DNA from: Lingula anatina
Lineage: Eukaryota > Animalia > Brachiopoda
Direction: 5' to 3'
Assembly (NCBI GenBank): GCA_051362555.1
Contig: CM120640.1
Location: 59,436,788-59,500,787, forward strand
DNA length: 64,000 bases
The translations under genes and the position numbers were made by a program. Shown piece by piece: positions 26,776 to 37,775 of this stretch (position 1 is the stretch's first letter; the number at the start of each line of letters is the position of its first letter). Below the pieces are notes generated by a model that saw nothing but the letters and a program-made list of their open reading frames with translations, ran no database searches and was not told where the DNA came from.

Positions 26776-27810
26776 TTTTTATTTATTTTTTTATTTTATT
26801 TTTTTGCTGATTCTGTTGAACTCTTTATCGATGTATACTCATATAAATGGGGGTTAATGTAAAAAATATATAAATATATATATATACTGGTATTTGTCTA
26901 TCTTCACACAACCTCGCAACTGAAACTGATACACTTAGATAAATTTCGACTGAACAAAGGTGTTTGCACTGTAACGATGTGAAGGAGAATCCACACTTTG
27001 TATTGGGGTGCCTTACCAGTAGGTATACCGCTCTCAGGAGAAAGTTCATTAAGCCATTTTTTATATTAGACCTTCTGTTTTCAAATAAGTTCTCCTGCTG
27101 AATTCTTCCATGCAGTATGAAACTATTATATAATCTGGTGGAAGGATTCAGCATGAGATCTGATCTGATATGATCTACTACATATATGACCTATGTACTG
27201 TAGTCTCCTGTCTCTTTGATTTACATGTAAATGTCCTGTATAAGACTGATGGACCTTAAAAGGTCCAAAGTAATAAACTATTGTTATAATCTTAACCTCT
27301 GAGAAAGAATGTGAGGCTTTCACGATTGAAAGATCTGTTTTCCTCTTTGGCAAAAAAGGTTGTCTTATGTAAAAATTCTTGCCACGGTACATTTACTTCT
27401 GTACATAATGTAATTTCAGATGATATACTAATAACATAGAAGATAAGATTATGAGTTATACGAAAATTAAAATCTTTTCTACTTATTGTACTGAAAAACC
27501 ATTTATAATTAAAAAAAGTAGACTTTAATTGAATTTACCCATGGGATTATAAAGACATTTTATTTGAAATGTGTTATTACTTAAATTCTAGCGTTAACAA
27601 TGTTGAATGCGGCAATCTGAGCAGTGAACTCTCGTAACCTACGACACAGAGTAGGAGCACTACAATGGCCCATAGGAGCCTACGCGTGCGTCTCTCAGAC
27701 GTTCCTTAACATTCGAAAACGACATGCAACCCGTCTATTTCATATGTTATTAAGCCCTGTAGCAGCAGAATTGACAAGGCCCATGCCGCATACGCCTTTT
27801 ACTACAGAGC

Positions 27811-28288
27811 TTTGAGCTCCGAAAATGACATGGCTGTGTCTGTTTCGCCACTTACTGATCTCCATAGATGCGAGATCGACACGACTGCGAAAATCACACG
27901 AGCCATGTCTATTTCGTGTTTTATAACATTGTCATTTAAAAGCAAAAATTTCACAGTTAAAGACAAATGCGACTTGGCACAAGGTAATTTTGCATTTATG
28001 GGAGCCAGCAAGTTACGAAATAAGCATGGCTATGTCAATTTCGTGTTTTATAAAATGCCCATTAATATTATATATTAGTATAAGACAAATGCAGCGCGGC
28101 CTGGTCAATTCCGCATCTATGGGTTTCAGTGAATGACGAACAAGACCATGTGAATTTCGAGTTTTATAACATAGCCATTTGGAGCTAAAAAATCCATAGT
28201 AAGAGACGAACGCGACATGGGTCGTGTCAATCTATGGGGTTCAGTAAGTGGCGAAACAGACACAGCCCTGTCGTTTTCGAGGCCCATA
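27811..28288. mobile_element. MITE-like element with ~58-bp TIRs and internal ~120-bp tandem repeats
   Basis: Left arm CGAAAATGACATGGCTGTGTCTGTTTCGCCACTTACTGA pairs with right arm TCAGTAAGTGGCGAAACAGACACAGCCCTGTCGTTTTCG. The unit ATGT...TTTCG.GTTTTATAA...AGACAAATGC recurs at about 27903, 28030 and 28148. Confidence 0.7.
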
Positions 28289-28597
28289 CAGTCACATAAA
28301 CTATTTTGCGCAAATTATGACATTTGTCGATAATTGAATTTACGGTTCTGTATAAACTCATCATTCATGCACTTAGGCCTACAGCATTGTCATCTAGACT
28401 CTCGGCATTACATGTTTATCATCAATCATAATGTAAATATATTGGAGAAAGGTACCCTTTTGCCATCCTAAACGCGATATTCTTCATAAGTTGTCATATA
28501 TATAATCAGCATATCATATCATATCATATCATCCCCACCTACATTGTTTTCAGCGATTGCCTTTGATTGTTAAAAAAAACATTGACGCGTTCCTATA

Positions 28598-28837
28598 CCA
28601 CACTGGACATAGAAGTGTCACCCCTACTGAACCAATACTTTGGGGAGATAAATGACTGTGGAATGATATGCTCCTGGTATCATTTTATTAACATCAAATT
28701 TCACAAAACGACCAACAATACAATTCCATGGTACTCATAAGTCACATTATAAGTAGACCAGGCATTATAACTACTCAAGATCTACCTACTTTGATTACTC
28801 TGATTCAGGGGGTAACACTTCTATTGTCCATTGTGTG
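28598..28837 (-). mobile_element. Tc1/mariner-like MITE, copy 2 (inverted relative to 26108-26346)
   Basis: Reverse complement of copy 1 with small indels; flanked by TA on both sides. Confidence 0.85.
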
Positions 28838-30182
28838 TACAAGAGACGGTAAACAGACACCAACATGATCGACTTAGATCAGCTCATGTATAAAAAGCAA
28901 GCCCTCAAATGTATTGTTTTCAATTAGGACAGAGGACATTTCCCTATTTATCGTCTCTTGGATACAAACTTTTTTTAATGAGAAAAGGAAATCGCTGAAA
29001 AGGTGGGAATCAATATTAGACTTAGTGGCGTGTTATTTTTATCCCTGTCTTATTGTGGAGTAAAATGAAAAACCGACAAAATGTACCTGGATAACCCTAA
29101 GGTATTCGCATAATTAGTAGGACAAGGTACCGGTGCACATTCGATGTTTACAGTGGTTTTATATCGATTATTGCGAAATGGGGACTCACATTTACACATG
29201 AACTGATCTACGTCGATCATGTTAGTGTCATGAAAACATAATAGTATTGGATGCACCCAAGAAGGACAAAAATATAAGCACCAAGTAAAATACAAACAAC
29301 TAGTTATAATCCAGCTGGTCTGTTGTATTCAACGTCATTATGTTTAAAAAACGCCTTAAGTTTAATATTTCAGTGTAGATTGTCCTTGACTCACTGAGCC
29401 TTCACAAATGCTAATGAAATCCTTGGTAAAATTTCAGTTCAGGTTGGAAGGTGTTTGGTCTTTCCGCTTATTTTTCATTCTTCAATTTTATCGTATCAAT
29501 GGATGTGGTTGTCAGATTGCGTATTCTCATAAAAGAATACAAGGCACTGCTCACCTCATGTTCGGCCTTTATTGTAATCTCACAGTGTGTTCTGTCTACT
29601 GTAACAAGTTTTTTGTCACTATTTGCTAGTCCATTGTAGTAACGCCTTTGAATCAACGAATTCCACATAAAATATAAACAAACTTAACATACAAAGCACA
29701 ATGTTAAAAAAAGTCTGAAATGAAGACAATTATACGAGAAGCGGCGCTAGACAAATGAACCCTGCTGGTAAGTTATTTTTTTAGATGGAGTGTAGGTATC
29801 TCTTACCGAAGCAGAAGCATTTAACGTATGTAAATGCGTTAGAGGTGCGAATGTCCACATCAAAGCCTCTTCGTACCCTACACTCAACAGGTGCAATCTA
29901 CTTCACTGTTAGAAATGCGTACACTTTCATTTGCATACATTGGTCGTTAAATAAAAACGAAATATGCTGTTACTTACAACGTATTTATTAACCTTTTTTG
30001 ACATTAGATGATTTAATTAATCCCTTTGAAGACATTATGAACTGTTGAAGCAGCAGCTGGTTTAACATTCAAATTAAACGTCGAGCAATGGTTTCCAGAA
30101 GAGAGTGCATCAACGCGGTTGAACTCTCAAAACGTAAGTACGTTGAGTTAACTGATAACCCTGACATTTTGCCTTTCTCACA

Positions 30183-30358
30183 CAGGGGCGGATTGAGGCC
30201 GTCTTCTGGGTCTTCTAAAAGACGGTCAGATTATCAAGTTAAAATTGACAGGTATCTAATTATCTTATTATTACTGTCGGAAGACGACCAAAAATAGAGG
30301 ATGGATCCACAAGGATAGTTTGGAAGACTGTCAGAAAATACCTCTGGATCCGCCCATG
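30183..30358 (+). mobile_element. hAT-like MITE with 5-bp TSD (TCACA)
   Basis: TCACA|CAGGGGCGGATTGAGGCCGTCTTCTGGG...CTCTGGATCCGCCCATG|TCACA; same family as 57021-57188. Confidence 0.8.
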
Positions 30359-30381
30359 TCACACGCACTGCATTTGAAATG

Positions 30382-30441
30382 TAAACTTGAAAATCTGACC
30401 GTCTTCCGGAAGACCCAGAAGATGGCCTCAATCCGCCCCTG
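30382..30441 (-). mobile_element. Inverted 5' fragment of the same hAT-like MITE
   Basis: AAACTTGAAAATCTGACCGTCTTCCGGAAGACCCAGAAGATGGCCTCAATCCGCCCCTG closely matches the reverse complement of the first ~60 bp of 30183-30358. Confidence 0.8.
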
Positions 30442-33400
30442 TAGTTAACCTACACACCTTAACTTTCTTCGTCCCGAATGTGTCCATGAAATATATACAC
30501 ACTCAAATCATAATAAAAAACATAGAAAAACAGGTATATGTACGCCCAAGTAGTTATACTACGATGTCTGAGGTCCGAAAATAGGTTTAACTTACCCGTC
30601 TCAAAAATTCAATTTCCCAGTGTAATATCCTCAATTTAGTTGTCCCAAATCGGATGTCAAAATAATACCTTTTTACGTGTTATTGCAGTTATTTTGACAG
30701 AGCCAATTAACCTCAAATACCGCTTAAAGATAGGTCTTCTTTCCTGAGAGACCACAAACTGTGATAGCCGGAGTCTTTGGTAAATCTTCAGGAGACCTGG
30801 ATCCTTGATTTCACTCACTTAGGTCAGGCAAAACTGATAACTTGGTTAGTGTATTAAATTTTAAAGCAGAAAAACAACAGCATTGAGATTTTCCTGGGGT
30901 CAATTGTAAGTTTTTCCGACTTACCAAAACAATACCCAAATTATCTTTTTTCATTTAACAAAATAGATGTGATGAAGAATCCGATTTTCTCAAAATAAGG
31001 ATTTGTTGCCTACATTAACTAACTTATCAGATTTGTCTGGCCTTACTTTGAATTTACCAAAAACGATTAACTGTGATTGCACTGGGGGTCTTTATTGCTT
31101 TTACCGGCTATGTATCATCCATTATTTTTATAGGGGGTGGATAATTTCAAGAGTAGGGCTAGAGAAGTGCTTGTAAGATTGGTACTGATGCGCTTATGCG
31201 TTTAAACATGCAGTCATTTGTAAACAGCGTCGTCGCGTGTTCTCATGCATCCCTAAGCCATTACTGTCCTTAGTTTTCAAAACAGTTGAGAAAAAGCAGA
31301 AACGAATACAAAATAAACATTCTAATACAAAACTCTATGTTCAGAAATCTTCAGGGCCGCCTGTCCATGACCTTCGACACGCGATGCTTTGAGTGCAAAA
31401 GTTAAAAGCATATAGGTATCTGCATCCTGGAGAGAGACAGCCCATTCTGGGAGTTAAACAAAGATTTTAATGAATGGGTAAGGCCGCGTTGCACGAACAT
31501 CATAATCTCATTTACTTAATTTACGGTAGCGATAAGGGAAAGCTGGCGTCCGATAAATAGTGTTTCTAATAATCGAATTAAATGTTTACATGCATGGCAA
31601 GTGTCTCTGCGTCTGTAGTCTCTTGGTCTGACTGAAGCGGTCCTTTTTATCGCTACCGTGCGTTCAGCACCGTACTAACTTTAACTGAAAATAAAATAAA
31701 ATGACGGCACTGGAAGACCAGGTTCTTTGATTTTGGATTTAGTTTCCATGGTGCGAATAGGGTCTCCGAGGGGTTCTTATGTGTAATCTGCTCATCTGGA
31801 CGAAAGCTAGACTATTGACAATTCAACTAGCACGGTTTTGAACGCGTTTTTATTCGACATATACACAACTAGGGAATGTATAAATTTATGCATCTGTATA
31901 TCTGCAAGGGGCAGTCAATAACCAATGTTGACAGGAACCGGTTGATTCAGTAACTCTTCAAGTAATATACGTGTATCTGTAATAACTGACTTATGTTTAT
32001 CTCCTTATTAAACAAATTACTCTAAATGCAGTGATTCTGTGTTATCTGTGGCAAGCCCGTGTATTCAACTCACACCGTATAAAATAACTTCAAGCTCATT
32101 CTACGCCACTTTTAATTACTGTTAATATATTTCTACATTGGAAGGGGGGTTGAGGGAAATTATAATTGTGGAAATATTATACGCAATGTGAGCGTCATTG
32201 GCGTTAACTAAGAAAGTCACTTGTTTGTGGAATGACCGTCATCACTAAGTAGTGGGAGGGAAGAGGCACAATCGACGCAAAATATCCCGGTAGTGCAGTA
32301 TGATTGTATGAGTTTAACCGTTCATCTGGTAAAACTGCTACAGTGTAGTTTTAAGTTGGGGAATTTACTCTTGTTGGAATAACACCGATCAACTTAACTA
32401 ACTTATTTGGAACGCACACACCTACCGGTGTAAGGACGCATAGAAGATATCAGGGCCTTAGGATGGGCGAAAATGATCCGCGGCAGCGGTTAAAGGTATA
32501 TACAGCACATACAGGTTGGTTATTTATACTGCCTGTGGTACTCATCTATACGCTGACTGAAAGAAAAGAAAGAGACTTCTAATGAACTGGGATAACGGAA
32601 GGATCCCATATCTTTTTTTTTTCACTCCCCAAACCAACGACCTGAAAGCCTGAGAACGAAAACTACGAACTGATATGTCTTAAAAGCTCTTTGAATCTCG
32701 TTTAAAATAATGCCTTTATTGTACCAAAGGAACATATACCTTCAACATTTATATTTCCAGTGTTAAACACAATTTACAAATGATAATGATAATATAACGA
32801 AATAATAATAAATAAAATAACAGATAAATAAAAGTGAATAAAATTATTTTCAAATTTTAAAAAATTTCTTCGATTTTTAATCGTGATCAGTTACTAAGTA
32901 TCCCCATTTGAAGCACTAGGAACTTTATTTTAAAAAACAATACCTTACTGCAAGACGTCTATTACACAATTAAAACCAAAAGTTAATTTATAGAAAGGTC
33001 GATGTTTCCGTTGACCAGAGACAGGAATCGTTGAACCCAACTTCCCCAAGAAAAGAAACCTCTCTTGATTCTATAAAACCGTTAGACGATAGGCAGCTTC
33101 CCTGTCAATTGAAAAAAATTAAATGTCCCTCATCTATAATACTGCTGATATCGGCAAGATCCGATGACATTTGAAGAGATATGCGCAGCCATCCACATCC
33201 GCCCTCCAGCGAAATCTTGAAAAATGATAGTTTCTTTTAAATGTTATTAAACCCTTCTATTGGATCCTTCTGCTTTGAGGTATTTATTTCTCAAAATCTA
33301 TGTCACTTAGAAGAGGTGGACCCAAGAAATAAAATAGGTTATTTTTATTAGATATATGAAAAAAATTAAACTCTCCTTGTCTATGCAGGTAATATCTTTA

Positions 33401-33918
33401 AATTATTGGAAGCATGCGACGTTTCTCCCGTGACGGTACATGTAACTAGGGTATACCGCTGTCTTTTTGGTGGTCATAACCACGGTAACGAGACTATTCT
33501 TTGCTACAAGAGCAAATCAGATGCTACATTTCATTGAAAATTACCCCTCCCAGACCGTAAACGACATTGACAAAAGTGGACGTTTTGTACTCAGACGTGA
33601 CGGGCGTGTAAAAAAATACGTTTGACACTCGGATAAAAAATCCACTATTAGATCTAAAGAAAAAAGCATCTATCTTGCCCAAGTAAACGTGCACTGTGCA
33701 TCTTCAAAGTAACAACATGCATGGGGCAAAACAAGCTTTTGCGTTCGTCTAGTACAGGAAACCAAAGACACCCTCAAAGATACTGCAGACAAAAAAAAAA
33801 TTAAAATTAAACACTTGGCCGTGTCTGACCAATCAACTGTAAAGAAACCATAATAAATTACATCGACCGGTGCTGTTTTTAAACACGTTAGTAATTTGTT
33901 TGGATCAGTTGAACAGCC

Positions 33919-35676
33919 TCAGTCTAGCGGTATTGCCTGAATGTTTGCGACAGTCGAACTAGTCTCGTCTGATGGTGGCCGGTCGCCAGCGTGCAAATTA
34001 AAAGTAGACATACTAAACGTCTTGTTCGGTATTTTATACTGATGTTTTGGACAGCACACACATAAAATCCGTGAAAACGCCCGACGGAAGTCTTTCAAAG
34101 ATAGAGCGTAAATGATGGGATTCATTCCCGAATTGATATATCCCAGCCACGTGAAAACGGGGAATATGATATCTGGGTGAAGCACACAAGTTCCACATAT
34201 GCCATATAACAGGTTGGCCGCGAAGAACGGCAACCAACATATGATAAAAACCCCTATGACTATTCCTAGGGTCTTCGCCGCCTTTCGTTCTCTGGCAACT
34301 TTACTGAGTTTTGTTTTAATGACAAATTGTTTCAGTCTTTTCCGTATGAATTTTGCAGGACTGTGTATGTCTGAAACCGGTGCGTTGTCGTCTTCATTTT
34401 CGTTCTGATTTTCAATAAACGCAGAATTCACACTAGCCGTATCATCTTCGATACTCAAGTTGTTATTTGTGGTATTTCTTTTATTACTTTGATTGTGGCA
34501 CCCGTTCCTTAGGTAGCGAGGTTTGATAGGTGAAAAATCGTTTGTCTCCGCTATGGCAGGTGTGTAAATTGATAAATTTTTCCTAACATTCATCATAAGT
34601 AAACTAGTGGCCCCCGGCCTAGCACCTCCCCGGTGTATCCGCAGCGTTAATTTCTGTCCATTCATTCCACTTACTACAGACTTGGACCCGTGTCTTAGAC
34701 TCCTCAGTTGCTCTGCTGCAGCTCTGTATATTTTCCAGTAAACGTATAACATTATAACAAGAGGAGTGTAAAAAGATATGGCTGAGCTTATCAAGAGGTA
34801 AGCGGTATCCTCTGTGAAAAGACAGACCGTGTCTGGTAGTACTGGATCCACCGCTCGCCACCACATTATGGCGGGGAATGATATAGAGCCAGAACATATC
34901 CAAACTAATGCAATAAGAATGCACACTCTTCGCGACGACATCCGGTGTGGATATTTTATAGGATCCGTTATGGCCCAGTATCTATCCATGGATATCACGC
35001 ATAAATTAAGTATGGACGCAGTGCTTCCAAGAACGTCAAAGGAATGCCAAAGATCGCACCACAGTTTTCCATAGACCCACCGACCTGAACGTATCTCCAG
35101 CGCAATGCTGAAAGGCATTACTATACTGCCCACGACAAGATCGGCGACAGCCAAGGACACCAAGAAGAAATTTGTATTGGCCCGTAGATATCTTTCCTTC
35201 ACTATCGCAGTAATTACAAGTAAATTTCCAACCACTGTTAAAAGAGCAAAAAATGCCAGTACAAATCCTAGTGCTGGGTGTTTATGGTGGTAGGCCGCGT
35301 GCTCAAAAGCCGTCTCTTCTTCACCGTGGTAAAGATCACTAGGCGTAGTTCCTGGCAACGACGAATTTCTAACGTAGGTATCGTTTTTGATATTACCAGT
35401 ATAATAGAATATCGTTGAATTTAATGATGAAACCCCCATGACATCAATGATATATTGTTTGACTGACGTCGTTAGTTGTTTCTTATTATTAAGAAAAGTT
35501 GTTAACTCGACTTGGAGCGACTTTGTAGGCCTACAGGCACACTCACCCTTTACACTCTGAGCCGATGATTTCAGATCGAGAAAAGATGCCCTAGTATTTT
35601 GAGAGACATATCCGGCAAGTTGCTTTGCTATTAAAGGAGTAATGCCGATGGTCATGTGTTCCAAAAAATAGTTCAT
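33919..35676 (-). CDS. Dop1R2: Invertebrate-type dopamine receptor (INDR / Dop1R2 / DAMB-like), single coding exon
   Basis: 585-aa ORF with 7 TMs: CDLWHSFDVLGSTASILNLCVISMDRYWAITDP, ISFPAIMWWRA, YLLISSAISFYTP, ICL3 LTLRIHRG, ERKAAKTLGIVIGVFIICWLPFF, FTWLGYINSGMNPIIY. WHSxDV, DRYWAITDP, FPAIxWWRA and LTLRIHRG are characteristic of Dop1R2/INDR. Probable 5'UTR acceptor at 35869. The true start may be Met80 (35439). Confidence 0.92.
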   Translation of the reverse strand: MNYFLEHMTIGITPLIAKQLAGYVSQNTRASFLDLKSSAQSVKGECACRPTKSLQVELTTFLNNKKQLTTSVKQYIIDVMGVSSLNSTIFYYTGNIKNDTYVRNSSLPGTTPSDLYHGEEETAFEHAAYHHKHPALGFVLAFFALLTVVGNLLVITAIVKERYLRANTNFFLVSLAVADLVVGSIVMPFSIALEIRSGRWVYGKLWCDLWHSFDVLGSTASILNLCVISMDRYWAITDPIKYPHRMSSRRVCILIALVWICSGSISFPAIMWWRAVDPVLPDTVCLFTEDTAYLLISSAISFYTPLVIMLYVYWKIYRAAAEQLRSLRHGSKSVVSGMNGQKLTLRIHRGGARPGATSLLMMNVRKNLSIYTPAIAETNDFSPIKPRYLRNGCHNQSNKRNTTNNNLSIEDDTASVNSAFIENQNENEDDNAPVSDIHSPAKFIRKRLKQFVIKTKLSKVARERKAAKTLGIVIGVFIICWLPFFAANLLYGICGTCVLHPDIIFPVFTWLGYINSGMNPIIYALSLKDFRRAFSRILCVCCPKHQYKIPNKTFSMSTFNLHAGDRPPSDETSSTVANIQAIPLD

Positions 35677-37729
35677 AACTGAAGTTTTGATAAACAGTCT
35701 TCATACCAAATGATGGAAAGGCCAAGTGTGATATATATATTTTTTTTGCTTTCGCCTTTATCAGGTAATGGAGCCCATTTGTGTGGTCTTATAATAGCAT
35801 CCCAGAACGATGACTCTTGAAATTTCAAATCAGCAAAAACTGAAAACGACCATCTTGGGAATTGAAATCTGAAAAATAGAAAATGTAAATTGTTAACACG
35901 TGAATGACAGTTGGTGTTACATTTGGTTGAGTGTGCTGTATCTTTTTATTCATACACAACATTTAGATGAGACCAAAAGTTAATATTTTTAGTATCATTC
36001 GACTATCTAGTTAACCGCTTTCACTTCAATCGGTTTGAGGATTATTATTCATTTTAAAGATTTTGAAGATACATGTAGGAGGAAAGGCGCCATGGCCAGG
36101 AGCAAGACACCTCACACAGAGTTGGTAGGAAAAAAAACAGTGCCAGACTGCGGTTCGCTTCTTTACAGGGCTTCACTTACAAATAACAAGTCATCCTATT
36201 TACCAAGTTCTTTTCATTGAGAGAGCTTTAAAAAAGAAAGTATAAGTGGGGATCTCAGTTTCTTCCCAGCACGTTAGTACGCTCTTTATCTCCTTTCAAT
36301 CCAGGGGAATTGCCAGCTGTTTAGGATGAAGGAAGAACCGCACCAATTACTGAGCCAAACCACAGACACGCCACATGCATTATATACTAAGTTTTCCAAA
36401 TGCGCTGCTGGAAATCATTCCAACATTTGTTTACAAAATTTTACCGAACAATTATGATGCCCTATGGTATGAATAGCTGTCATTTCAGTCCGGCCTGTGG
36501 AGAACAGCCAATCTACATGATTCTCGACCTTTTCAACTTGACTTCATACACCTGTGAGTGTTCTATCAAAAGAACAACTTTCTGATCTAAATTAAGGGAC
36601 ATGCATCGAATTAGAGTATTATAAAAAAAACCCTGTAAAACACTCTGTATCCCTAGTTCAGATAAATAAAGGCTTCGAAGTTTTACGAGCTCTGAACATC
36701 TCTGTATTACTACATGTATATCTGAAAGAATAACTAAAACGAATTTGCTAAAGCACAGCGTAAAAGCAACACACATAAGCATGTCAAACACCACCTTTTG
36801 ACCTAAGATACTCCACTGCAATTGCGCTCTTGCACTGGGTAGCATTTGAAATGGACATGAGATAAACCAGGTTCTTCTTAAGGCAGGACGAAATACAAAC
36901 TGGCCGGTGAACGCACACTCTCGCCACACACTGGCAATAAAAAAAGCAATATATCAGCCGTGTAGGCTTCCATCTTTACCTGCTTATTGCATTTTCAACA
37001 ATACTCAAAGCTGCAATCATGACATTGCCTTTTTCTGTGTAGACTTTCTACCGATATCCGGTTATTAGGTTTCGAACATTGGGCTCATTTCATAAACATT
37101 TTCATTGAACTGTGGAATGCATTAAGTTACACGTTTTATCGGTAAGAGCTATTTACTGATAATATGTTAACACACGACCCTTGAAATATCAGAATCGTTT
37201 CTATCCAAGCGGTAGTGTATTTGGTTACAAGAACTATTATGCAATGCTGTCTTGTAAATTTGATTTTTTTATTCTGCTACACCCAATATCACAAATGCCT
37301 AAATGCATTATTGATAAATACGAACGACATTAGAACTGTTACAAAGATAGCTGATAAATATAGTGTTGGGCATATTAATATAGTTACAGCTGAATAAATG
37401 CGCCTATAATGTGGCTGTTTCCGACTTATCGAGAGCTATGTACACTACCTTATTTCAAATTGCTAGGTAACAGCTACAAAGGAGAGAACTATGCTTCTCT
37501 TCATAACTCATAAAATTGTGTTATCTTCATCTCCATGTTACTCGTATCTACCAGTCGCTGCGACAAGCTTTGCTGGAAATCACATTTTTCTTGAGTTGAA
37601 TTCCACAATCAGATCAATCAAAGGCACGCCACCTACGCTTTCTTTTTTTTTCTGCGAATAAAAACGTGTCTGTCTGTTTGTTTGATGGCTCTTGTATGAC
37701 TCAAAGCCCAACAATTTTCTCACACGTAA

Positions 37730-37731
37730 AA

Positions 37732-37774
<43 letters not shown>

Positions 37775-37775
37775 A
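37730..37775. repeat. (AAAT)n microsatellite
   Basis: Directly visible. Confidence 0.9.
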
